In this document: in pieces, positions 15,001 to 27,200 of the stretch
Layout of the letters: each line of letters starts with the position of its first letter
How positions within the stretch are numbered: the stretch's first letter is position 1
NCBI GenBank assembly: GCA_020137815.1
Contig: CM035351.1
Span: forward strand, 4,588,001-4,652,000
DNA: 64,000 nt
Reading direction: 5' to 3'
Source of the DNA: Hormiphora californensis
Lineage: Eukaryota > Animalia > Ctenophora
Program-made: the position numbers and the translations under genes
The notes under the pieces: model-generated
What the model was told of the DNA's origin: nothing
What the model saw: the letters and a program-made list of their open reading frames with translations, nothing else
Database searches by the model: none

Positions 15001-17048
15001 CTTGGGAGCGAAGGGAGGGGTCATGCAGAAAGAGAAGATCTTGTAGATGGGCTCGAGGACGAGCTTGCAGAAACCTCGGACGGCTCCATCCTTCTGTTTC
15101 TTGCTCCATTTTCCCTCGGCATCAATATAGTTGTCACCCCACAGTTTCTTGATGTACTTGTCACACTTCTCCTTGTCCTTCTTGGTGTAGAAGTCAGCGA
15201 ACTGCTTTCAGGGAGAAACCCCATCCGTGGAGTCCAGATCCGAATCCGACGGTTCCGAACTGGGGGTCAACCTGGATATCACCCATGGGTCCCTCCTCCT
15301 CTCCGTAGATGGAGACGATGGCGTTGATGTTCTCAACAATCTTACGGAAGGTATCGTACAGGGTCTCCTTGTCCAACTGCAACTCCAGAAGGGCTCGGTC
15401 CATCTTGTTCATGAAGACGATGGGCTTGATCCTCTCGGTCAGGGCCTGCCTCAGGACGGTCTCGGTCTGGACGCACACACCGGACACGGCATCAACGACA
15501 ACGAGAGCTCCATCAGTGACTCGGAGGGCAGCGGTAACCTCGCTGGAGAAATCAACGTGGCCCGGTGAATCGATCAGGTTGATCAGGAAACCGTTCTTTC
15601 CATCGTGGTACTGGGTGGTGTTGAGGAACTTCATGTTGTACTCATCCAACTCGTAGTAGAGAGACACACCAGTGGATTTGATGGTAATACATCGCTCCTG
15701 TTCGTCCTTACGGGTGTCAGTGAATCGGGCTTCTCCGGCCTTCTCGTTGGCAATGATACCTGGGGTGAGAGGTGAGGGGGTTAGAGGAAGGGGTGAGAGG
15801 TGAGGGGGGTTAGAGAAGGGGGGTGGGGTGAGGGGGTTAGAGAAGGGGGGGGGTTGAGGGGGTTAGAGAAATGGGAGGTGTAGGGGGTTAGAGAAATGGG
15901 TGAGAGGTGAGGGGGAAGTGGGTGAAGAGGGGGTTAGAGAAGGGGGGGTGTGAGGGTGAAGAGGGGGATAGAGAAATGGGATGGGGTGAGGGGAAGTGGG
16001 TGAAGAGGGGGTTAGAGAAATGGGGTGAGGAGGGTTCTGAGAAAGGGAGAAGGAAAGGAGGGAGTTTGGGAAACGGGAGGGGGAACACTGAGTGTAAATA
16101 TAAGATGGGGGTGGTTGGAGAACTAAGGGTGAGGGGTGGTGATAGAGAAAGGATAAGATGTGAAAACCGGGGCTTATAATATTGAATATTGGAATCGAGA
16201 TTATCAGTAGATCAACTTAAGTGATACTAGAGTATGGTACGCTCCCAATGTGACATTCCTCGCTAGAGGGTTCATGGTGGGGGTCATTGCAGCAGTAGGG
16301 TGTTAATGTGACTACGTGGCAGAGGGGTAATTGTTATTTTAATAATCTGCCAAGTTGTTCATGTTGTTGACATAATGAATAATCAGGTGATCACGAGAAA
16401 ATGGAAATATCCCCAATTCCGACTTACCAGCCTTGGAGACAAGGGAATCGGTCAAAGTGGATTTGCCGTGGTCAACGTGAGCAATGACTGACATGTTTCG
16501 GATATTCCTGGGATAGTCCATAGACTTCCGGATATCGGCAACTGTGAAATACACCTGAGGAGAGATGAGGGTGTTAGAGGAGGTTTGGAAATAAAGGGAA
16601 TTAGAGGGGTATCAGATTTTGGGAGAGTTGGGAATGTTCCATGTCAAGTTGAACCGCTCGTCCCGTGTGTGGGGATTGTATGAACAAATGGGAAGCAGTG
16701 ATATACACATTATCCGATAGTCTAGTTGTTTAGTGAATTAAATTGTGCAATTTGGGTGAAAAACAGGTTTGGAATGTCAATAGAACTTAAATTACGAATA
16801 TCAATGATTCATTGATTACACAATGATCAGATGCATCTAATGAATAATGATGTAGTACGTTCCAGGGTCCAATTCAGGTGCATTATGACGTATTGAACAC
16901 TAAGTTCCCTCTCCTGTGCATGTGAAACCATTGCAACATGTACAAAAACACACGTGGCAAAGGTGTGGCAAAACGGGGAGCAATTAAGGGGTTTAATCGA
17001 GGTACTTAAGACATTAAACAAGGTATTTAAGACACAATGACTTACCAT
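9387..17048 (-). CDS. EEF2: Eukaryotic translation elongation factor 2; 7 exons: 17048-17046 (ATG only), 16554-16428, 15759-14585, 14441-14069, 13915-13731, 10207-9622, 9509-9387
   Basis: [22 protein letters not shown]; [22 protein letters not shown]; diphthamide loop [16 protein letters not shown]; C-terminal ENYYDKL*. All junctions GT-AG. Two apparent frameshifts (~15210, ~15020) are likely assembly errors. Confidence 0.98.
10614..11874 (-). CDS. EXOSC8: Exosome complex component RRP43, nested in EEF2 intron 5 on the same strand; exons 11874-11280 and 10825-10614
   Basis: [27 protein letters not shown]...[10 protein letters not shown]...[23 protein letters not shown]...[19 protein letters not shown]; exon 2 [15 protein letters not shown]; the phase-1 junction G|TG joins in frame. 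Confidence 0.92.
12231..13533. mobile_element. Foldback non-autonomous DNA transposon, ~610-bp near-perfect arms, TTAA duplication (Kolobok-like termini)
   Basis: ttaa-GGGTACACCTGGCG...CGCCAGGTGTACCC-ttaa; mirror-image ORFs in the track; ~80-bp spacer near 12844-12920. TTAA with purine-starting termini fits Kolobok rather than piggyBac (CCY). Confidence 0.85.
13538..13710. repeat. 21-bp minisatellite containing palindrome GTTACCATGGTAAC (X-box-like)
   Basis: Unit CATGGTAACACCTCTAGTTAC, ~8 copies, starting ~20 nt downstream of the EEF2 intron-5 donor. Confidence 0.9.
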
Positions 17049-17473
17049 CTTGTCTTTTGTCGATGTAACTCAACAATCAATGTGATAGTGTGCAAACGTT
17101 TGAAAAGGAGGCTTCTGCCTGAATCAAGAAAGGTAAGGGCTTGAAGGGTCACGTGACTTTGGCGTGTAACCTCCGCAAAGACGACCTTGAATTTTATAAT
17201 CTCGAGAGTTGAAATCGACAAATGCAGCGTGCAGCGTTAAATAAGTCGCGCGCTACGTATAATAACGGTGTTTTGCAGCGTACTTTTTGGCTGTAGAACT
17301 CAAAATTTCGGACACAAACTTTTTTTGAAAAGCGCTGCCTATCGGGGGCCAGCAACGTTTGCCAAAAACTTTTTCAAACTTTCTTCAAACTTTTTTGATG
17401 TTTTTAAATTTTAAATTTCTTCGTTTCCACAAGGCAGTACAGCGTGTAGTAATGATAATAAGGTTGCGATCCC
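17049..17473. promoter_or_regulatory. Putative bidirectional promoter between EEF2 and the F-box ORF; possible TCT/5'TOP start for EEF2 at 17101-17110
   Basis: Head-to-head starts ~425 bp apart; CTCCTTTTC on the minus strand ~55 nt upstream of the EEF2 ATG; palindromic GTCACGTGAC at 17148-17157. Confidence 0.4.
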
Positions 17474-17929
17474 ATGGATTACTTATCTGAAGATGTGGTT
17501 GTGAAAGTTTGCAGCTATCTCACTCTTCGAGACCGCCTGGAGCTCTCATATACCTCGAAACGACTCTTCTTTTTTGTGCAAGAGACATGGAGGGACTATG
17601 CTTTGTCAATGGGGTGGAAGGGCAATCATAAATCATGCTGGCTGGATGTTTGTAAAAGGTATCACAAGCTTCAAAATGGTTGGTTTACCGGAAACTTTAA
17701 ATCTGAGCGGATTCCTTTGAACGATGCGACCAGAACAAGACAAGAACTGTTTGGGATTTGCAAATCTAGTGATACTGTTGCACTGTGCACCAACACCGAG
17801 ATTTCTTGTTACCGGAGTGACTCTAAAAACTTAAAAGTTCATCGCCTTCTATCAAAGAATCGAATGTTACGTTGCTCGAAAACACCTCTGTGTCAGTCTA
17901 GCATATCCCCAGCCCTTTGTGCGGGCTAG
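17474..17929 (+). CDS. F-box protein, N-terminal part; continuation disrupted or unresolved
   Basis: MDYLSEDVVVKVCSYLTLRDRLELSYTSKRL is an F-box motif, followed by W..VCKRYHKLQNGWFTG as in F-box/beta-propeller proteins. Possible broken continuation at 18450-18780. Confidence 0.7.
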   Translation: MDYLSEDVVVKVCSYLTLRDRLELSYTSKRLFFFVQETWRDYALSMGWKGNHKSCWLDVCKRYHKLQNGWFTGNFKSERIPLNDATRTRQELFGICKSSDTVALCTNTEISCYRSDSKNLKVHRLLSKNRMLRCSKTPLCQSSISPALCAG

Positions 17930-18937
17930 GCCCCGCAAACCCAGACACGTTTCATGGCCCCTCCCACTACCCCCACACAATCCCTTTCGAGAAGTCGGTG
18001 GGGGGGTGGGTGACCCACTGCAGTATTGGTTCCTCCGGAATCTACTTCAGTTTTCCCGTGTACGTTATGGTACCATCGTGTAGATTGTGGTCTTGTGTGC
18101 TTGTATCCAGTATTTTGTGAATGTTCTCTTTTCCCTCATTATCTAAGGCCTAAGCTCTAAATTTCATAGGGAATTGGAGTTCTGGTTAGGCGAGAATGTT
18201 TGGGGGGGGGGGGGTTTGTTTTTTTTTGTTTTTTTTTTGTTCTGTGGGATTGGGATATTTGATAGTGTGGGGTTCCATGGATGGTGGGTGAAAGGTGTGA
18301 TGTGGGTAGGGCGGTGTGGGGCTGGGTAATTAATGAATCAAATTTCATATTGGAAAAACATAGTTTATAGAACTTCATAATTAAACATTGACAATCTTAA
18401 ATATCTCTCATACACTACTTCCGCGATCAATTCTTATACAGTTAACAGAGTTCTGAAAAAGAGGGGAGATTGGTCGTAGCTGCTACCCAAGAGAGCCTTT
18501 GATTGTTCTGGATGTATTAACAATATATGTCAAGAAAACTGGCATAGTTGAGTGAGAGTTCTGGCACAGGAGCTATTTGGTGAGACCGGTGTACATATTA
18601 GATTGCTGGTGCCAGACATCTCGGTGCAGCAATCGGATCCGCGGATTTCAAGACAACTTTTGCTTCGAGTAAAGTGTCCGGATGGGTGAAATGTTTTGAA
18701 AACCTGGTTACTGTTGCGAAGACTCACCCCCACTTTTATTGATATGATGAACAGGGGAACCAGTGATGAAGCGATGTTGATGCCGGGGGGGGGGGGGGGT
18801 GGGGTGCAGTGGGACTAGCAGTTGGACGTGTCTAGCATTACCCCACATCCCGATAAGAAGTCGTACAACTTTTCCCAGTTGCATGTCTTTATGTATCCAG
18901 GGTGGAGGTATTTTGCCTGGAGGTGTTAATCATATTC

Positions 18938-21280
18938 TTATTCCTCGTTAGCTGGCAAAGCTGGGTGATCGTCCATAACCCCGATTTCATCCAAGAAATT
19001 TTCAAGGATTCCCATGTTAATGGTTGCTACAGTTTTGGGATGTAACGTGAGAGCGTGAAAGTGTTGCCCTCTTTGACGGGAGAGGGCTTGACAGAAGCAC
19101 AAGATATGAGAGTTGTCCTCTTTTTCCATCCCACACCATCTGCATAATTCTGATTGGATGAGCCCCCTCTTGAAAAGGAACACTCCCAGAGTTCCCCGGT
19201 TCGATAGGAAATTAGTTACCTTGGCAGAGGTAACTCGCGGCTTTGTTGTGAGGAGCGGAATTACATGGCCAATTAGGTGGTTTGTGCTCACCAGGTTTTC
19301 TTTAAGCTCTCTATAGTAGTCTTGTTCCTCTTTACCTGACCTTTCCTTGGTGTTGAGCTTTACTTTCGACAGGGAAATACGGTATGATGATGGTTCTAGA
19401 AATTCTGTGGCTGCTGCTGATTTAGCCAGTTTATCTGCCAGTTCATTACCATATGTCCCCTGATGAGCTGCACACCATCTTACCGTAGTCTCACATCTTT
19501 CACCGACCTTGTTGAGAATGTTAATCAGGTCCCGGATAGATTTTAGGGATACCTTGTTGTTCTGCAGTCGCAAGAGGGTGACCTGGCTATCAGTGTGGAA
19601 TTTGACCGTCCTGATTGTCAGGTCTTCCAGAACTGCCCTGAAGGTGTCTTCTGCAGCTAATCTCAATGCCTTTGACTCTGCTGCGTTGATAGTCTCTCCA
19701 GGGTGCAGTTTGCACTGCCCTTTGAAAAGTTGTTTGCCTCCTTGGAAGGCACACCATCCCCCTCCTATTTTGCCGGAACCCTGGTCAGAGCCATCTGAAT
19801 AGATGTGAAGTGTGTCTAATTCCGTATTCGGCGTTTCCTCAGTGAGCAAAACTGCAAACAGTTTTGTAGGGTAGGTCGGCGTGCTATCGTCCATCTCCTG
19901 CCCATTCGTCGCTTCTTCCACCTCGTTAGCCAATAGAGTCCTGTGGTCCTTCCACATTTTGCCTTTCCTCATAGGAATGTGTGCTGGTGTTGGGAGTTTC
20001 GCTTGGGCCACTATTGCTCTCCTCTTCGCTGCAACATGCATTGGTTCTATATCCGATAGCCCTATAGCGATTAGCTTTGGAGCAGTTTTCGAGCATCTTA
20101 GAATGCGTTTGGAGGCATTGTATGTAACTGTTTCTAATTTGTTTTGTACTCCCTTCGTAGCAAATCCACTTAACGTTACATTGCAGCCATAAAGCATTTT
20201 CGCCATGGTTATAGTTTTATATACCCACTTCTGTATTTCCGGGTTTGCCCCCCAGTCTGCCCCCAGAGCCCTATTGGCCAGGTGCTCGACCTTTGTTGCC
20301 TCTTTCATCGTTCGTCTAAAGTGTTCTGCCCAGTTTAGTTTTTGGTCCACTGTGACCCCCAGGTATTTGTATACCTTAGCTTCCGGAATTTGGACATTTT
20401 TGTAGAGTAGTTGGGTTCGAATGGGTGGTATTTTGGTTTTATGGGTGCATACCATGAAAAACGACTTTGATGTAGATATGTCCAATCCCATGGTATTGCA
20501 CCACTCCTCAACTCGTTCAAGAATCCATTGTGTCCTCTCTATTAGAGGTTCAAGTTCGGGGCCAGTCACAGCACTGCTTAAATCGTCCGCTAAAGCTTGG
20601 AGGTGCTCAAGCTCATTTACCTTTTCCAGCAGTGGAGTTGTCACCGTGTTCCACTGTAGGGGCATGGAAATCAGTCCTTGAGCTCCTCCTTCCAGTTGAC
20701 CTCTGATGACCCTATCCTCCCCTTCTCCCACCGAGATGATTCTGTGGTCCAAGAATTTCTTCAGGATACCTGAGAGTGGAGCCGGACAACCATGATTTGT
20801 GAGGTGATGGTTCAGCTTCTCCTTGCTTATCCTGTCAAAGGCACCCTTTATATCGATAAAGAGGACCACCGCGTACTCTCTTCTGTGTAGTGCTCCTTCG
20901 ACTTTTGTTATCAAGGAATCCAAGGCTTGTTCACATCCCCTGCCGGGGACAAATCCGTACTGTTTCGGATGGAGCTTTGTGTAAATTTGGGTGTCTGTTT
21001 CCAGATGCTGGAGTATGAGTCTTTCCAGCAGCTTGAAGAACACCGAGGCCAGAGTTATTGTTCTATAGTTGGCCGCGTCCTCCTTTGGTCTATCTGGTTT
21101 GGGTATTAAGACACCCCGGGTTTCGCACATTTTGCTCGGTATCGATTGTAAGACAATGCAGTCCCGGTATATTCTGCACAATCTCTCTCCAATTACTGGG
21201 AGGATGGCTGTGAGAGTTTTCCATCGAATACCGTCCGGACCAGGCGCCCCATTCGGGTTGTTAATTTTCCCCATAGCCAA
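18938..21280 (-). mobile_element. 5'-truncated non-LTR retrotransposon ORF2 (RT + RNase H + zinc knuckle; I-group, Loa/R1/Tad1-like)
   Basis: APGPDGI; LIPKP...NYRTITL; QYGF; FIDIKGAFD; ALADDL; YKYLGVTVD; RNase H IYSDGS, AE, TDSQ, GNELADKLAK; CRWC...HILCFC. No endonuclease or ORF1 present. Confidence 0.93.
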
Positions 21281-21292
21281 TTCATTTTAAAC

Positions 21293-24200
21293 ATGTGTTT
21301 ATCAGGGTTTTTGGTATTCTCTCAGGGCAGAAGAAAATTAATTAACCAGACTGGTGTTTGTTTCAACGAATTCACTATAAAAGTTACCGGCTTTCAGGTC
21401 AGTAAAACCCAGAAGTTTGGGTACGGTTACATGGTAAGTCAGATTGTGTGTATCCCTGCTGGTCTACTAGCTCTTGAGAGATGTGGATTTCTCTCCCAAC
21501 TCTCCCAACACCTGTGGACACTGTTGGAGAATAACGGGCAGGCCACATCCGTTGATGATCCTATAACCCAACCGCCAGATCCCAACTTCGAGGGTGCTGT
21601 TTTAAAGGCCCTTACTAGCTTACTACAGGTATCCCCCCGTCACACCATTGTTTCTCAGTGAACTTCATCTCTCACTTCATCTCTCACCTGATTTCACCTA
21701 GCAGCTAGGATCTATCTGCATGTTTTATTAACCCTCAACCCAATATCTCGTTAGGTATTGGTTTGTTACGACTCTCTGTACTGTATTCTGGGAGGGGAGT
21801 ACAAGGCGGTCCCTCTGAACCCTGAGATCTACCGACAGCCACCTCCGGAGCATGTTCTAGATCTGATACATCGGATAATCTTTATAGGTAGGGACTGTTC
21901 CACCTCTCTCAGAGAATAGATTCTCGGAGCTACATCACACATATAATAATAAAATGAACGTTTATATACCCTCGTCCCTAGGGTATATCACTATTAAAAC
22001 AGTATATAATGATCATGAATCAGATAATCCCTCATTTTGGCTAATTTTCCATGTCTCCCTACAGATAAGTCGAGGATGTGCCTGCTGAACTACGATACAA
22101 TGCAAGTGTTTGGTCTCCGTATCCTTCTCCGTGCTGACGTCATGTCTGGATACCCTGTTGTACCTACAGGAGTATCATGACGTCATTGCCTTTCTGTTGC
22201 AGTGCCAGTCGGAGAGCAAGATAGGGGGACGGATCGTGGTAGATGAGAGTACCATTGAGAGAAATCAGATACTTGTCCGGTGTACCGTGCTAGGTGAGAA
22301 AGATGAACTTCGAGTATTGTTCATGAATTGTACCATCTAGGCCCTAGGGGCTACTATACCATGAATTACCCCAGAACAATACTACATGATAGTCTTTTCA
22401 TAATGAACAATCACCCTTCATTTTGCAGGTGGTGCTACAGAGAAGGTGATACCTCCTCGTGTCCTAACGGGTGACGCTTCCTACCCGTATACACTGTTCG
22501 ATACCCTACCAGCCCCGTCATGTTACTGTACACCAACACCCAATGATGTAAAGGTTAGTCAGCTGCCAGGCCAATGCTCTGACCACAGTTCTCGCACACT
22601 CCGCCAATGCTCTGACAGCTGCCACGGGAATGAACCCTACTACTGTGATCTAAACCTCCTCCTGAGAATATTGATTTTTCCACCCGGTAAAGTGTGAAAT
22701 ACCTACCTAAGTGGTGGCAACGATTTACTAGAAATGAGAAATATGTGTGTGTCTGTGTGTAAGCGTCGTAACGAGATACAGTTGAGACTTGAGAGCAGTA
22801 AAAATTATTTCCCCGGATCCAACTCTACTACTTTCGGGCAGGTCATCCTCCAGACGCAGCAATCACAAACAAACAAACTCCCACCCGATCAGAACGAGAT
22901 CACAAACAAACAAACAAACCAACTCCCATCCTCAGAACGAGATCACAAACAAACAAACAAACTACCACCCGATCAGAACGAGATCAAGCTATCAGCAGCC
23001 CTTCTGGGGGGAAGTGTAGGTGACACCTGGTTGGAGAGAACGAGATCATTCGTCCTTGTGGCATGCCGTAAACCCTCCTTTTCTGGTCATGTTGGGCTCA
23101 TGGAGGTGGTGCTAAAATACCAGCTACAAGAGGCACCAGAGCAATGCTTCAAACCTATCGAGGTAACGAAGGGGGCCTTGGTAACGAAATAACCCTTGCG
23201 GGCACGCTAAGACGTGCTTTACTACCGTAATGCCTTAGTTACGAGGGGTAGTTTCTTTACCAATGAATGGATACCGGGATTAGTATAAAACTATGCCCAC
23301 ATGTCTTGTTTTGAGTCGCCTGACACTGTGTATAATATTGTCTACCCTGTTTGTTACACCACCTCATTATCCCCAGATGTCTGCAGAAGATTTCATCCCC
23401 GGCTCCCCGACTGGATATAAGATAATTGGAGTGAAATACGGGTGTAAACTGTTTGTTGAGTATGGTATGCGATTGGGTATTCTACCTGAGCACTCCACAC
23501 CGGAGGCTCTGGAGGATTTCTGCTATCAGTTTGCCCATGCGCTTAGCAAGCAACAACACTATGTCGGTGGGTTAACAATAACATGATCTGCTAAGAAAAC
23601 ACTGCCTAGATTTCTTGGAAACAGCCTGCTCGAGGTTACTGTCAATTGCCTCCCAACTGACATGTTATGTGTAACCCCATGTCATATTCAGGTGACATAG
23701 CTTAGTGTGTAACCCCCCACCCCCCCCCCCCCCCCTCTGTCAGGTGACCAAACTAAGTTTGACTGATATATCCCCCTGTCAGGTGACCAAACTAAGTTTG
23801 ACTGATATAAACCCCTGTCAGGTGACCAAACTAAGTTTGACTGATATAACCCCCTGTCAGGTGACCAAACTAAGTTTGACTGATATAACCCCCCTGTCAG
23901 GTGACCAAACTAAGTTTGACTGATATAACCCCCCTCTGTCAGGTGACCAAACTAAGCTTGACTGATATAACCCCCTCTGTCAGGTGACCAAACTAAGTTT
24001 GATTGGTTTATTGGTGTCATATACCTGCTGTACAGTGGACATATTGACCGTGCGACTGATTTCCTAGTTGCATTCTCAACCACCCTTACCTCTGGATACA
24101 TTTGGAAACAACGGCTCGTTAAATCACGGGCCATCAAACCGGAAATCGCGTCAAGGTAGGAACTAATTTATCTATAATGGTACAGTTTGTTATGTTCTAA

Positions 24201-27200
24201 CCCTCCTTTACACTTTATAACCCTCCTTTACATTTGTTCGTGGGCTGGGGGGGGGGGCGCAAAACAGAGTCTAGCTAGGCAACCTACAGTGTAATCGCAT
24301 ATTATAGGAGGCAGATGAGGGCCGCATTTATTTTCCCATCTATGGGTCCTATCACGGAGAAGACAATCGCCTGAGGGGCTTTTGTATCTCACCCATATCT
24401 CACCCATATCTCACCTATATCACCAAATACTCGGATTAATACCCCCATATCCATTATCCTTTCTACTGACTTCACACATAACGCTGGGTTTCACTTGTTT
24501 TGTGTGGTGTTGTCGGCGATATTTTACTAGTGGATTTTATCCATGCACTTAAGATGATATTATATAAAGGAAGTCACGCTGCCGAACTTTTCAGTAACTT
24601 TGTTGTAACACTCTCACACAGGTGTCTATGTGACCTACTATTGGCAGATCAAACAATAATATCTCTCATTATATCTCCAATTTTTCTCCTCAATCATCTC
24701 TTTTCCAGTAGCTGGGTGGCCAGTCACTGATTCACGATACGGTGAACATTACCGATCAAGAGAGTTGCTCATCTAGAGATTTGAATCTAGAGAGTCACCA
24801 TTCTGATTCCACGGAAAACTACCCATGAAAAATACGGATGTAAATTCTGCACTGTATGCCATTTTTTAGCGAATCCACAACTTTTTTCTTATTCCCATAT
24901 AAAACTACTCAATTCACCATTCTGGGTAGCTTTCACGAATGGTATAACGCGTGATGTTAACGGATGTAGATTCTGTCATGTTCATAGCAAACTTCACCAT
25001 TTGTTGTTGCTCCCAGCTTTTTATTTTACTTGTCCTCGAAAAGAAGTCAAATATAGTCGGACCCCGATTTAGGGACACCCCCGGGGGAAAGGCTCTTGTC
25101 CACTAAATCGGGGTGTCCACTAAATCGGGGTCAAATAAGGCTAATTTCCTATATCGGGGGAAAAAATCCTGTCCCTAAATCGGGGTGCCACTAAATCGGG
25201 GTCCGACTGTATTAGTTAATTGTTAATTTACCAATTTATATTGTACAGAGTCAACGTGATGAATGAATCAGAGATCTATCTCCCAACAACAGTATCTATA
25301 CCCCTGAGTGTTTACAACTTTATCGCTACCTTCTTTGGGATCGCTGGTAACGGCCTCGTCATCTATTCCTCTATCCGATACGATGCTGTACAGCTTGATG
25401 AAGTATCTGTGGAGTTTGTTAGAAACCTCGCATTGGCTGACATGATGTTTGTCATCTGCTATACCCTTCCCTACTTCATTACACTATCTGTCCGTCGGTG
25501 GGTACTTGGACCGGTTTACTGTTTCATTCAGGCCATAGTCGTTTACATTCCTTGGGCTGTAAACCTCCTGACCGTGCTCGCTATATCGGCATACCGACTG
25601 AAAATGATCATTTCCCCGTTTCACCATATCTCGCTGAGGGCATGCAGGTTGGTCATTGCTCTAATCTGGATGTTATCTTTCTCTTCATTCGTCTTTATCA
25701 TGTTCAACGGCCGTGGAGTGTTTGTCCCCTCTCTTGGGGCATGTGTTGTTGGGTTCCAGAGGGACTTTTCACAACAAAGTGATTATATAGATTTTCTTTT
25801 ACATGTTTTATTCCATTTCACCCCCTTTGCTGGAGTTTTAAGTATTAATATGGTTCTCTTGGGGATAGCAATAAAGAAAAACAACAGTGGGATTAACTAC
25901 AAAGCCTTGTGTGTCATTCTGTCCCTGTCAGGGTTGTTCATGTTGAGTTGGGTTCCGTTTCTTGTGTTTAATTTGTTTGAACTTATCAAACTTCTCTTAC
26001 TGAAATCTCCCTATATTTCCGAGAGTTGGTTGTTGGTTGTTTTTAATACTCAATGTCTCAATTCATTCGGAAACCCCGTCCTTTACACGCTTACCAACAG
26101 ACGCTTTAAAAGATATGTCCGAGGCTTGCTCTATGGTATGTTCACATCAGGGAGGAGAAATCGGCAAATTGCTCATCGTACCGGTAATCGAGGAGACAAC
26201 CTTCCTGCGAGGAGTCGGGTCCGTGCTAACAATGCTGTCATGCAGCAGTCGTCGAGGGTTTAAACTGTCGGATGACTAATAAACTGTTCCCCTGACACAC
26301 AATGTGTGACTCAAGTGTCCGCTGGCTCCACTTTTTGGCCCAAAAACTGTCTCGCAAAATAACTTCAAAATCACAACAAAAGTCAGGGAGCTTGAACCTC
26401 ACCTGGGCAGCCCCTACCTCTCTTGACCCTATCCTTGGTGATTTCACTCCCAACCTCCTTGGCTGGGTATCCACCTCATCCCTTTCAAAACGTCCCCTAC
26501 ATCAACATGGATTCTGGATGTAGCCCCAGGTTGCCTAGCTAGACTGTGTTTCGGGCGCCCCGTAAAGAGAGGGTTAGAACATAACAAGCCCCAGGATTCA
26601 GGAATATTTTCTGCACCTTACGGAACTTTCTTTTGATTGATTGTTTTTATCTTTTACTACATGTATTGTTCTCTACTAACGATTTCCTTTTTCTCTAAAG
26701 AAGAAAGATTTTGTGTTTGAGTTTGATAATTGAGAGGGTAGAGAAGGTAGAGAAGGTAGAGAGGGTAGAGGGTAGAGAGGGTAGAGAGGGTCGGATGTAG
26801 TGGTCTAATGCCCTACATGCCGACGGCGATCTTATCCCAACTTCGTCGGCATTTAGGGTATTAGACCACTAAATCCTACTCGCCCTGGCGAATGCCCTCC
26901 CTACCGACCATTCGGCAAGTTGAGGGTGACTCCAATTCTGTGATTCCAATCGGTGTTGGGGTTCGTGACTCCAATTCTGTTTGTTTGTGCGCGTAGTGTT
27001 TGTACCGCGCGGTAACTCTCCTGTTATGAAAGCAAACTGATTGCTGCGTCTGTCGGCTGTCCAAAAAGAAGAAAAAAGGGTTTGTAGTGAACCTGATTTT
27101 GAGCCTGCAATGCATGCAGCAGCTGTCAGAGCATTGGCCTGACCCTATTCTCATTTCTTTCAAGAGAACTGTGGTCAGAGCATTGGCCTGACAGTGCAGC

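Noticed and set aside
15000-15230. Programmed frameshifting or pseudogenisation of EEF2
   Set aside because: Similar indels occur in DECR1, TBC1D32 and the unknown gene, and EEF2 is otherwise intact, so these are most likely consensus errors.
13916-17045. Intronic snoRNAs in EEF2 (a snoRNA host in vertebrates)
   Set aside because: No convincing C/D box pair with terminal stem, and no clear H/ACA fold, could be read by eye; needs a snoRNA covariance search.
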